Positions 1 to 10,910 of a DNA stretch of 32,535 bases are shown here, in pieces. The stretch covers positions 1 through 32,535 of the forward strand of contig NW_021832463.1 in NCBI RefSeq assembly GCF_006345805.1, in the 5' to 3' direction. This stretch comes from Octopus sinensis. Its lineage: Eukaryota. The notes beneath the pieces were generated by a model that searched no databases, was not told where the DNA came from, and saw only the letters and a program-made list of their open reading frames with translations. Position numbers and translations under genes: made by a program. The first letter of the stretch is position 1. The number at the start of each line of letters is the position of its first letter.

Positions 1-342
1 CATAGATATTTAGGTGACTGTGTAATTAATAGGTCACAGAAGAAATGAACCGTATTCCTTTACAAACCTATTTTGCATTATGAAGTCTCGGTATTCCCAT
101 ATTGAAATAGAGTCAGAAAATGCTGCTGAAGTCTTTTGTTCTCTTGGTAATTGAATATATATGCAAATATCAGGGAAAATTGCCAGGCATTAAACTGAAC
201 CCTTTTATTCAAATTTAAATGGTTACTTCATGGAAACTAAATATCTTTTACCTCATTATCTTCTCAGGAGAAGGTAGATATATTTCTCAATTGGGACACG
301 TCCATCCCTCCATCGAAATTCCAAATATATATCCATCCATCT

Positions 343-475
343 ATGCACGCACCCATCTACGCATTCACATTCTCGTGTTCGTATAGACACTCGCACTCAC
401 ATACACACAACACACAAACACACCTACACATACACAGTCACACGCACGTATATATTTGTATATATATATACGTAT

Positions 476-524
<49 letters not shown>

Positions 525-915
525 CGTATATATATATATATATATATCATTCAACACACATATTTACGTACGTATACATAATATATATGTATGTATGTAT
601 GGATGTATGGATGTATGCATATATATATATATATATATATACATATACACGCACAAACACATACATATATGTATGTATATATCTACTTACGTATGTGTAT
701 GTATATATGTATATATGTGTGTATACACACATATATGTATGAATGTGTGTGCGTTAACATATATATATATATATATATATGCGTGTGTGTGTGCATGGGT
801 GTATGGGTGTGTATACACACAGATATACGTGTATATGTACACATATGTATATATGCACGTCTCTATGCCTGCGCCTTACGAATATCCATCCGCCATCTTA
901 CACACATACATATAA
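343..915. repeat. Compound (TA)n/(CA)n/(TATG)n microsatellite
   Basis: Alternating purine-pyrimidine runs; the overlapping Y/I/H/T-rich ORFs are translations of these runs. Confidence 0.95.
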
Positions 916-1410
916 TCAAAAATACTTACGCGAATTTTCCTGCATCTTGTATAAGATTGTGAATGGCGAAAAATCGCATTTTTTCAAAACTTTGTATCAA
1001 ATTTGAAAATGCATGTCTTTATCATGCAAATATTTCATCAATGCTCGATTTTACGAAACTGCAATATTATTTTAATCATATGCAAATGCTTGAAAATATT
1101 TCCATTATAAAAAAAAAAAAAATACGTTTCGCATAAAATAGTATAATAAATCAAAAATACGTACGTAAATATGAAAGACAAACAAAAAAAACTTTGAATT
1201 TGAGAAATTTAATCAATATTTCTCCCAATAATAACCAATTGAATTTTTATTTTCGTTTAAGATTCTCACCGGAAAACTATGAGATATAGCGCTTGAATTC
1301 TATCTTCTACTGTTTAATAAACATCGCTGCATTAAAAAAAAACAATGAACCGTACGCAGTTATAACGGTGGAAATGAGTACATGCAAAGTATAATAAAGT
1401 ATAAAATATA

Positions 1411-1446
<36 letters not shown>

Positions 1447-1540
1447 CGTACATGCATATATACATAAATGCAGGTATACATATATATATGTATATTTATA
1501 TATATATATGAGTATATACATCTATCAATATATCTACATA

Positions 1541-1664
1541 GGCGCAGGAGTGGATGTTTTGTAAGTACCTGCTTACCAACCATATGGTTTCGGGTTCAAT
1601 CACACTTTGTGGCAGCAAATCATTGTGAGTGGATATGGTAGACGGAACTGAAAGAAGCCCGTCG

Positions 1665-1699
<35 letters not shown>

Positions 1700-1901
1700 A
1701 TATATATATATATATGTATGTATGTATGTATGTATATATATGTGTTTGTGTGTGTTTATTTCTGTGTGCGTTTGCGTCCCTGTAACTTAGCAGTACGGCA
1801 ATAAAAGACTCATAAGAATAAGTCTGGGGTTGATTTGTTCGACTGAAAGCGCTGCTCCAGCATGACCTCAGTCAAATGACTGAAACAAATAAAAGAATAA
1901 A
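1541..1901 (+). mobile_element. tRNA-derived SINE family B, diverged and internally deleted, with internal (TA)n/(TG)n
   Basis: Head ggcgcaggagtggatg...gggttcaatc and 3' end gctccagcatgacc..agtcaaatgactgaaacaa match the fuller copies at 13502 and 15839. Confidence 0.85.
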
Positions 1902-1905
1902 TGTG

Positions 1906-1936
<31 letters not shown>

Positions 1937-3001
1937 TTTTGATATATATTTTGATATAAATATATTTTGATATAAAATAGTTAATCCAATAGTAAATATA
2001 TTTATTGTTACGTTTTTTCCTTGCGGACGCTGTAAAAAATTATATTTTTCTTAATATAGAACAAAAAAGAAAAGAGTACCAAATTATTGCAGTGTAGTAC
2101 GAAAAGCATTGCCACAAACCAAAAATACCGAATTTGGTGCAAAAGTACCAGTTGCGGCAGTGTGACCTACAACCCGCAAAATCTGTTTTTTTTTTTTTTT
2201 GCAGCATGATAAACACTAGTGGTCCTGTGAAACTCTAGCTGTCGCATTACTTGGTCCTTATGCGAGATGAAATGAAGAAGACGGCATCTTTGGTATTATA
2301 CGGTGCCGCCTGGTAAGGTGTGAATTTTTTACATTGATTCTTTTCATTGGTACGAGTATCAATGGATTTCGATGGGAATGAAAGAGAAGAATGAAGTGGT
2401 TTCATTCTATCAGTGGTAGATTATATAATTTAACCTGGAACGGACGAACACTTAATCAAATCTCCAGAAAACATGAAAGGACGATACTTAAACCTCGCCA
2501 TATTGTATTGCACATCGTTCGACCATTTCCGCATTTAACCGCTATTTTTGTTTCAACCTGAGATTATATAGAGCGATATAAAATATAGCAAAGTATTTTC
2601 AGAACAGGAAACTTTGACGGGAACAGTTTTCATTTTCCTTTTCGAACGAGTTCATTATATTGGCACTATTTTATGATCTTAGGAAACGTTTAAATATTAC
2701 ACAATGATTTGGTTCCCTCATAAAGTGTTGGGTTCTGGTACTTCATGAGAAAGAAAAAAAGAAAGTAAAGTTAGAAAGTAATAGATATGTAAATAAAGGC
2801 ATAAAAAGAGAACGAAAGCAAGAGCGAGTATTCTATGACGGTTAACAAAGCAGCAGAGCGAATGCTCCACGAGGAGGTCCTGGGGGGATTGCAGAAGCTG
2901 TCACAGATTATTTGGCAGAGAAATGAAATACTGTGTCTTTGTATATTGTTTCATTTCATGGTTCTTTTGGCAAATTCCCTTGTGGAGCATAAATTTGTCT
3001 T

Positions 3002-3009
3002 TATCTATC

Positions 3010-3087
<78 letters not shown>

Positions 3088-3216
3088 GTCTATCTATCTG
3101 TCTGTCTGTCTGTCTGAATATGTCGATGTATGTATGTATGCATTTTTCTATCTGTCTATGTCTATATGTCTCTCTGTGTATTTATGTATGTATTTGTCTG
3201 TCTGTTTGTTTGTTTG

Positions 3217-3292
<76 letters not shown>

Positions 3293-3320
3293 CCTATCTA
3301 TCTATCTATCTATCTATCTC
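3002..3320. repeat. (TCTA)n tetranucleotide microsatellite, interrupted
   Basis: Direct reading; source of the LSIY-repeat ORFs. Confidence 0.95.
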
Positions 3321-3412
3321 AAACTCGATCTATAAACATGCATACATATAGTCATACATACTCACAGGCGCGCACTCAAACGCGCACTCAAACGCGCGCA
3401 CACACACAAAGA

Positions 3413-4248
3413 TATACAGGATATTCGGTCCAAATTTGAAAATTTGCATAAAACGAAAACAGTATTACGTACAAAAGAAATGTTTTTTGAAAGAAAGTCC
3501 AAAATCATCATGTAGGTAATGGTTGGCCGATAACAGTTTGCTGAAGTAGCCGCCAGGGCCTTAACCCCACTCCTGAATCCAGCGCATGTAATCAACAACA
3601 TCGGGAGAGATCTCCGAACACCTACTTTGATCTGAATCCCTAGCTGCGCGTTGGTGTTGCGGGTAGAGAGATTGGATGCTTTCTCAATCGTGTCCTACAC
3701 AGAAATCTATAGAATTACAATTTGGAGAATTAGCGAACCAGAAACTGAGGCTGGGCGGGGTGTAGCAATTCCCCAAAAGCATCACCTGATTCTTTCCAGA
3801 TGTATAACACGGAGCCGAGTCCTGCCGTTGCACTTATGATTTCCCCGCAGTAATCTTCTCCAGCCGGCTTTTGATCATAGTCTCCGTCAGCTTTACATAG
3901 TCGTCTGAAGTTAGTCAAAAACCCTTATTTAAAGATCTGAGGCGGCATAACGTTACCCTGTCTGGAAACGCATCCAAAGGTCATTACCGTTTTAAGGGAG
4001 CTTCGTCTTGCAGCTTTTACAATGGTTACAGAGAATTGGATGGCAGTATTTTCTCAGCCGGCACGAAACATCATGATGCAAGTGAACCTTTTCCGTTATT
4101 TAGATGGCTTTTAGTTCCTTATGTCAGCCAAATTTATCTCAACTACAATCTTGATCTTTATGCTCTCCAATGCTGTTGACCGTTTACCAATACAGCAAAG
4201 GTTTCTTGAAGAAACATGACATAACTATATCCAAATATACCCCGAATA
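3413..4248 (-). mobile_element. Decayed, internally deleted Tc1/mariner transposon of the maT (DD37D) family
   Basis: Manual minus-strand translation across stops and frameshifts gives KTKLP..TVMTFGCVSRQGNVMPPQIF / DDYVKLTETMIKSRLEKITAGKS*VQRQDSAPCYTSGKNQVMLLGNCYTPPSLSFWFANSPNCNSID / ..CAGFRSGVKAL..GGYF. Exactly 37 residues lie between D (3821-3819) and D (3707-3705). The outer boundaries rest on weak TIR similarity (tatacaggatattcgg at 3413 vs ccaaatataccccgaata ending 4248). Confidence 0.85.
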
Positions 4249-4550
4249 AGTTTATTCCCAAATGACATTTATTTTAGTGTTGTTGACTCCGCCAGATAGA
4301 ACGGTACTGTCCAAGTGACGAAACCATAAAACTACAGGGATATCCGTGGGGCAGCTGTTGATGGAGGTGTGTTGCATTGTTGATATGGCTGTTTATTGTA
4401 TGTGGGGAATGGTTTTATAAGACGCCCATTTGAAATATATATATATTTGATCTATATAAATGAAGATATTTCCTCCGTCTGGTTGCTTGTCTCACTACAC
4501 AACGGAAAGTTACATTACGGAACAGTCATGTTAACGAGTTGTGTCTATTT

Positions 4551-4653
4551 ATCACCTGACGAGACACATCTGCACCGCCGGATGCTCCCGAACCAGTTGT
4601 TGAGTGTCCCACACAAGAGGAGTCGATGCTAGATGTGTCGAAATACTTGTGAT
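4551..4653 (+). ncRNA. Type I hammerhead ribozyme motif with long helix II (degenerate helix III)
   Basis: atcac-CTGACGA-gacacatct...agatgtgtc-GAAA-tac-T-T-gtgat. Helix I is atcac/gtgat; helix II starts with a perfect 9-bp stem that extends by gca/tgc. Confidence 0.75.
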
Positions 4654-4719
4654 TAATATTAAATTCTCATATATTCCATGTTTTGTCTTTCATTTGCTAT
4701 ATATATATATATATATATA

Positions 4720-4902
4720 CATGAAAATACAAAGAGAAAACACAACAACGTGAGGACATGGAACAAATATAGTATTATTTGACGCTCAGGAAAGATGGAA
4801 AGAAGGAGGGTTTAACATTTCGAGCGGAGCTCTTCGTCGGAAACATAGGAGAAGGGAAGACAGAGGAAAAGAAATTGCCAACGGTACACACGAGGTCACA
4901 TT
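4720..4902 (-). mobile_element. Short non-coding HHR-bearing repeat (family H-A, Penelope pLTR-like); HHR at 4810-4844
   Basis: Its reverse complement aligns along its length with 19368-19578. Minus strand reads gttt-CCGACGA-A-gagc tcc gctc-GAAA-tgT-T-aaac. Confidence 0.8.
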
Positions 4903-4951
4903 ACATTTATTACTATTAAAGCTGCAAGAAATCACAAAAATATCACACTAA

Positions 4952-4991
4952 ACTGCAACTCAGAGTTTCACGTTCCCGTTCGTCGGACAGT
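4952..4991 (-). ncRNA. Type I hammerhead motif, U4C core variant
   Basis: Minus strand reads actgt-CCGACGA-acg GGAA cgt-GAA-ACTC t GAGT-T-gcagt. All three helices pair; helix II has a GNRA loop. Confidence 0.75.
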
Positions 4992-5115
4992 ATAGGTTGA
5001 CCATAATTCTCTACCACCGGTATTCGAGGACTATTTCCTTCCGTACATACCCACACACACACACATATACATATGTGCGTATGTGTGTGTCTGTGTGTGT
5101 ACATATATATATATA

Positions 5116-6074
5116 TATTTCTCTATTGCCCACAAGAGGCTAAACACAGAGGGGACAAACAAGGACAGACAAATGGATTAAATCGATTACATCGACCCCA
5201 GTGCGTAACTGGTACTTAATTTATCGACCCCGAAAGGATGAAAGGCAAAGTCGACCACGGCGGAATTTGAACTCAGTACGTAGCGACAAACGAAATACCT
5301 ATTTCTTTATTACCCACAAGGGGCTAAACACAGAGGGGACAAACAAGGACAGACAAATGGATTAAATCGATTACATCGACCCCAGTGCGTAACTGGTACT
5401 TAATTTATCGACCCCGAAAGGATGAAAGGCAAAGTCGACCACGGCGGAATTTGAACTCAGTACGTAGCGACAAACGAAATACCTATTTCTTTATTACCCA
5501 CAAGGGGCTAAACACAGAGGGGACAAACAAGGACAGACAAATGGATTAAATCGATTACATCGACCCCAGTGCGTAACTGGTACTTAATTTATCGACCCCG
5601 AAAGGATGAAAGGCAAAGTCGACCACGGCGGAATTTGAACTCAGTACGTAGCGACAAACGAAATACCTATTTCTTTATTACCCACAAGGGGCTAAACACA
5701 GAGGGGACAAACAAGACAGACAAATGGATTAAATCGATTACATCGACCCCAGTGCGTAACTGGTACTTAATTTATCGACCCCGAAAGGATGAAAGGCAAA
5801 GTCGACCACGGCGGAATTTGAACTCAGTACGTAGCGACAAACGAAATACCTATTTCTTTATTACCCACAAGGGGCTAAACACAGAGGGGACAAACAAGGA
5901 CAGACAAATGGATTAAATCGATTACATCGACCCCAGTGCGTAACTGGTACTTAATTTATCGACCCCGAAAGGATGAAAGGCAAAGTCGACCTCGGCGGAA
6001 TTTGAACTCGGAACGTAAGGGCAGACGAAATACGGCTGCGCGTTTCGCCCGGCGTGCTAACGTTTCTGCCAGCT
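5116..6074 (-). mobile_element. tRNA-derived SINE family A (Nin/Deu-like central domain): one head plus five tandem 184-bp units
   Basis: Units start at 5116, 5300, 5484, 5668 and 5851 (plus coordinates) and are nearly identical. The head, with A-box-like agctggcagaaacgttagc, lies at 6034-6074. Each unit has the B-box gagttcaaatt and the domain gcctttcatcctttcggggtcgataaattaagtaccag. Confidence 0.92.
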
Positions 6075-6589
6075 AACGTTTCTACACATATATATGTACA
6101 CATATATATGTGTACATATATATATGTGTACATATATATATATTTCCATGTGTGTGTGTGTGTGTTTGTATTTGTACGCATGTATGTATAAGTGTGTGTA
6201 TTCTACTTTGATGTTTAATCAATCTTTTACGATCATTTGAATACTCGTTTTTATCAAAAGTCATTAGTTTTACTACGATAAACCCTGGCGCGAGTCGTTG
6301 AGCAAAAAGTATGTTTATGTCCAAATATAACTCTGCCCCAGCTGTTAGTTATCATTCAGATGTCACGCGTGACTTCCTTTACGTGGCTAATGATTTGTGG
6401 AAAATCATAATAAATCAAAAGCGTTCGAATTTTCCCAATCCGGAGTTTTTTTTTAACTATAATTTTCTAAACAAGATTTCACGATTGAAGGTGTCCATGT
6501 TTTGAGTGTTAATAAAGTGTGGTTTATATAACAAGACAAATCGTAACGCATTGGCGTGGAGATATTACTAGTCTAACCATCACAACCGG

Positions 6590-7140
6590 CACTAGCAGTA
6601 GCATCTGTAGTAGTAGTAGTAGTAGTGGTGGTAGCAGTAGTAGTGGTAGTAGTAGTAGTAGTAGCGCCAGCAGCAGCACCAGTAGTAGTACAAGCTGCTG
6701 CAGCACCATCAGCACCAGCCTTTGTAGCAGCGGTAGCAGCTGTAGTAATAACAGCAGCAGCAGTGGTAGTAGTAGTAGTAGTAGTAGTAGTACTACTAGT
6801 AGTAGTAGTAGTAGTAGCACCATCAGCAGCAGCGCCAACAGCAGCTGTAGTAGTTGTACTAGTAGCACCAGCAGGACACCAGCATGGGCACCAGTAGTAG
6901 TTGTACTAGTAGTAAATGGTTGTAGTAGTAGTAGCAGTAGTAGTAATAGTAGAGAGCAGCAGCAGCACTTGTAGTGGCTACTCCTAGTATATGTACCACT
7001 AGTATTAGTAATAGTAGCAGTAGTCATACCGTTTTTATCAATCTTGTCGTCATTACTGTTTTTATCAACTTCTCCTCCTTCTACACCTCCTCCTCCTCTC
7101 CTCCTCATCATCATCATCATCATCATCATCCTCACCATCC
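6590..7140. repeat. Compound (TAG)n/(CAG)n/(CCT)n/(CAT)n trinucleotide low-complexity tract (duplicated at about 8180-8730)
   Basis: Direct reading; source of the poly-S/L/V/H ORFs. Confidence 0.9.
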
Positions 7141-7207
7141 CCATCATCAATCGGTTTCGTCATCAGCACACGCATCGTATTCGGAGACATTCTCTCCATG
7201 TTATCCT

Positions 7208-7680
7208 TTTTGCCTTTCATCCCTTCGCGTTCGATTAAATAAGTACCAGTTACGCACTGGGGTCGATATAATCGACTTAATCCGTTTGTCTGTCCTTGTT
7301 TGTCCTCTCTGTATTTAGCCCCTTGTGGGTAGTAAAGAAATAGGTATTTCGTCTGCCGCTGCGTCCCGAGTTCAAATTCCGCTGAGGTCGACTTTGCCTT
7401 TCTTCCTTTCGGGTTCGATTAAATAAGTACCAGTTACGCACTGGGGTCTATATAATCGACTTAATCCATGTGTCTGTCCTTGTTTGTCCTCTCTGTGTTT
7501 AGCCCCTTGTGGGTAGTAAAGAAATAAGTATTTCGTCTGCCGCTACGTTCTGAGTTAAAATTCCGCCGAGGTCGACTTTGCCTTCCATCCTTTCCAGGTC
7601 GAAACACTAAGTACCAGTTACGCACTGGGGTCGACGTAATCGACTCTGCCAATCTCACCAATTTCAGTAGAAAGGATTAT
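7208..7680 (+). mobile_element. SINE family A, 5'-truncated multimer (about 2.5 units)
   Basis: Same 184-bp unit, with junctions gaaataggtatttc near 7343 and 7526. Confidence 0.9.
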
Positions 7681-7834
7681 TTAATTGCGGTTGTTTTTGG
7701 TTTTATTACTCTTGTTGGTTCGCTCATGATAAAGTCTTGATCGAACAAACCTATCCCAATCCCAAACAATATCGGACCCTATCCCTAATCCTAAACTATC
7801 TTTCTTGCTTATTTAGGAGTACTACGTTTAATAT

Positions 7835-8143
7835 GGAGGCGCAATGGCCTAGTGGTTAGGGCAGCGGACTCGCGGTCGCAGGATCGCGGTTGCGATTCCA
7901 AGACCGGGCGTTGTGTGTGTTTATTGAGCGAAAACACCTAAAAGCTCCACGAGTCTCCGGCAGGGGATGGTGGTGATCCCTGCTGTACTCTTTCACCACT
8001 CTTTCTCCCACTCTTTCTTCTGTTGGCCTGCTCGCTTAGCCAGCGGGGGTGGCGTCATTCGAAAGCTAAAACAATGCAAACGCATTGTGACCAGCGATGT
8101 GTAACAACATCTGATGGTCTGGTCGGTCACGTGACGTGACGTG
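7835..8143 (+). mobile_element. tRNA-derived SINE family C (tRNA-Arg-like head; possibly octopus OR-type), full length with TSD
   Basis: A-box tggcctagtggttagg, B-box ggttgcgattcc, (GTGAC)n tail, and TSD acgtttaatat at 7824-7834 and 8144-8154. Confidence 0.9.
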
Positions 8144-8184
8144 ACGTTTAATATATCACCAGTATATCACCTTTTGTAGCAGCT

Positions 8185-8220
<36 letters not shown>

Positions 8221-8799
8221 TAGTATAGTATAGTAGTAGTAGTAGTAGCGCCAGCAGCAGCACCAGTAGTAGTACAAGCTGCTGCAGCACCATCAGCACC
8301 AGCCTTTGTAGCAGCGGTAGCAGCTGTAGTAATAACAGCAGCAGCAGTGGTAGTAGTAGTAGTAGTAGTAGTAGTAGTACTACTAGTAGTAGTAGTAGTA
8401 GTAGCACCATCAGCAGCAGCGCCAACAGCAGCTGTAGTAGTTGTACTAGTAGCACCAGCAGGACACCAGCATGGGCACCAGTAGTAGTTGTACTAGTAGT
8501 AATAGTTGTAGTAGTAGTAGCAGTAGTAGTAATAGTAGTAGTAGCAGCAGCAGCACTTGTAGTGGCTACTCCTAGTATATGTACCACTAGTATTAGTAAT
8601 AGTAGCAGTAGTCATTACCGTTTTTATCAATCTTGTCGTCATTACTGTTTTTATCAACTTCTCCTCCTTCTACACCTCCTCCTCCTCCTCCTCCTCATCA
8701 TCATCATCATCATCATCATCCTCACCATCCCCATCATCAATCGGTTTCGTCATCAGCACACGCATCGTATTCGGAGACATTCTCTCCATGTTATCCTCT

Positions 8800-9272
8800 T
8801 TTTGCCTTTCATCCCTTCGCGTTCGATTAAATAAGTACCAGTTACGCACTGGGGTCGATATAATCGACTTAATCCGTTTGTCTGTCCTTGTTTGTCCTCT
8901 CTGTATTTAGCCCCTTGTGGGTAGTAAAGAAATAGGTATTTCGTCTGCCGCTGCGTCCCGAGTTCAAATTCCGCTGAGGTCGACTTTGCCTTTCTTCCTT
9001 TCGGGTTCGATTAAATAAGTACCAGTTACGCACTGGGGTCTATATAATCGACTTAATCCATGTGTCTGTCCTTGTTTGTCCTCTCTGTGTTTAGCCCCTT
9101 GTGGGTAGTAAGAAATAGGTATTTCGTCTGCCGCTACGTTCTGAGTTAAAATTCCGCCGAGGTCGACTTTGCCTTCCATCCTTTCCAGGTCGAAACACTA
9201 AGTACCAGTTACGCACTGGGGTCGACGTAATCGACTCTGCCAATCTCACCAATTTCAGTAGAAAGGATTATT
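8800..9272 (+). mobile_element. SINE family A multimer (duplicate of 7208-7680)
   Basis: Part of the 1.59-kb duplication. Confidence 0.9.
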
Positions 9273-9427
9273 TAATTGCGGTTGTTTTTGGTTTTATTAC
9301 TCTTGTTGGTTCGCTCATGATAAAGTCTTGATCGAACAAACCCTATCCCAATCCCAAACAATATTCGGACCCTATCCCTAATCCTAAACTATCTTTCTTG
9401 CTTATTTAGGAGTACTACGTTTAATAT

Positions 9428-9736
9428 GGAGGCGCAATGGCCTAGTGGTTAGGGCAGCGGACTCGCGGTCGCAGGATCGCGGTTGCGATTCCAAGACCGG
9501 GCGTTGTGTGTGTTTATTGAGCGAAAACACCTAAAAGCTCCACGAGTCTCCGGCAGGGGATGGTGGTGATCCCTGCTGTACTCTTTCACCACTCTTTCTC
9601 CCACTCTTTCTTCTGTTGGCCTGCTCGCTTAGCCAGCGGGGGTGGCGTCATTCGAAAGCTAAAACAATGCAAACGCATTGTGACCAGCGATGTGTAACAA
9701 CATCTGATGGTCTGGTCGGTCACGTGACGTGACGTG
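9428..9736 (+). mobile_element. SINE family C (duplicate of 7835-8143)
   Basis: Part of the 1.59-kb duplication; same TSD. Confidence 0.9.
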
Positions 9737-9786
9737 ACGTTTAATATATCACCAGTATATCACCTTTTGTAGCAGCTGTAGTAGTA

Positions 9787-9840
<54 letters not shown>

Positions 9841-10390
9841 CAGCAGTTGTGGCTACTACTAGTATTTGTACCAGTAGTAGCCACTACCAGTACAAATGGT
9901 ACTGAGGTTTGAGGTCGATCTTGGCTGCTATTTCTAGCGGATTAACCAATTACGTCTATATTCCCCGCTCGGTTGCGTCTCATGTTCATTGGTCGAGTTT
10001 ATCATTGTATCATGAAGGACGTTACTCCCTCAACCATCTCATTTAAAATTCCATCTTGCAAAGTCTTCATTTTTTTCTTTGTTGTTCGAGGGTGATTTGT
10101 CTGCTATTTTTAGCGGGTCTAGTGAGCAGCTTTTATAATTTCCAATTCAGCGTACAATATTAAGTGCTCCATGGACTCCCTCAGATATCTTATTCCGATA
10201 ATGTTCCTGCTGTAGAGCCATAAATGGAACATTATCACTTTGCGTCATTTCTTCGAAAATCTCGGAATTTATGTCTGCCTAAGAAGCAATTATCTTCTGG
10301 ATGACATCATATACAATATGGAGGGCAGCAGAATGGTTGGAATTGTACAATGCCCTACTAAAAGCATAACCGTATCTTGTTACTCGCAAT

Positions 10391-10464
10391 TAAAACTGAA
10401 CTTAAATTTAAAACTGAGTTTGAATTTAAAACTGAGTTTAAATTTAAAACTGAGTTTAAATTTA
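10391..10464 (+). repeat. Minisatellite, 4 x 18 bp (taaaactgagtttaaatt)
   Basis: Four adjacent copies with 0-2 mismatches. Confidence 0.9.
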
Positions 10465-10732
10465 TGATTGTGTTTTATAAATCTTGTGACAATTCAAGAG
10501 CCGAGTATTAGTTTGACTGAATCGAAAAGGAGTTGGACAGAACGCTTTGGGGGTGCTTTTATCTCACTGATTGTGTTCTGAGTTCAAGTTTCACGGTAGC
10601 AAACATAGCGTTTCATGTCTCCGGGATAGAAAAACAATAAGTTATGATGGAAAACGTAACCATCTCACAATTGTCAGCCTTTTGCTTAGATTCGAAACAA
10701 CTATTGTTGTTAATAGTGTATAACCGCAAACC

Positions 10733-10821
10733 AAATAAAGTGTCTTGCTTAAGGACACAACACGTCGCCGGGAATTGAACTCACGACCTTACAATCGTGA
10801 GCCGAATGCCCCTAACCACTA
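10733..10821 (-). mobile_element. tRNA-derived SINE family D 5' fragment (CORE-like domain)
   Basis: Minus strand has tagtggttagggg...gagttcaattcc...tgtgtccttaagcaagacactttattt; same head as 16345-16660. Confidence 0.75.
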
Positions 10822-10910
10822 TACACGGGCAGTTGTGCAGGTATAATCGGCGAAGCGGATGTTGTGAGTGTGTGTAAAACCGAAACAACTGTACAATCAT
10901 TGTCATTGAA

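Larger units (their letters stand above)
6606..9840. repeat. Tandem duplication of about 1.59 kb (two copies), bounded by (TAG)n tracts
   Basis: gtagcgccag at 6661 and 8245; ggaggcgcaat at 7835 and 9428. The copies differ mostly by 1-3-nt indels. Confidence 0.95.

Noticed and set aside
33-146. Short open frame between an AG and gtaatt (possible exon)
   Set aside because: No polypyrimidine tract and no recognisable protein similarity.
2186-2318. Poly-T + GCAG acceptor and GTAAG donor suggesting an exon at 2205-2312
   Set aside because: Stops in all three frames. A non-coding exon cannot be excluded but has no support.
5116-6074. CRISPR-like array or repeated ORF (MRNWYLIYRPRK...)
   Set aside because: Units are contiguous with no unique spacers; this is a eukaryotic SINE multimer.
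7835-7910. tRNA genes at SINE heads (also 13502, 25707, 30197)
   Set aside because: A and B boxes are present, but there is no proper cloverleaf or acceptor stem, and each continues into a SINE body.
10840-10895. Possible type III hammerhead (cagttgt...gaaacaactg)
   Set aside because: No CUGANGA core, and position 17 would be G.
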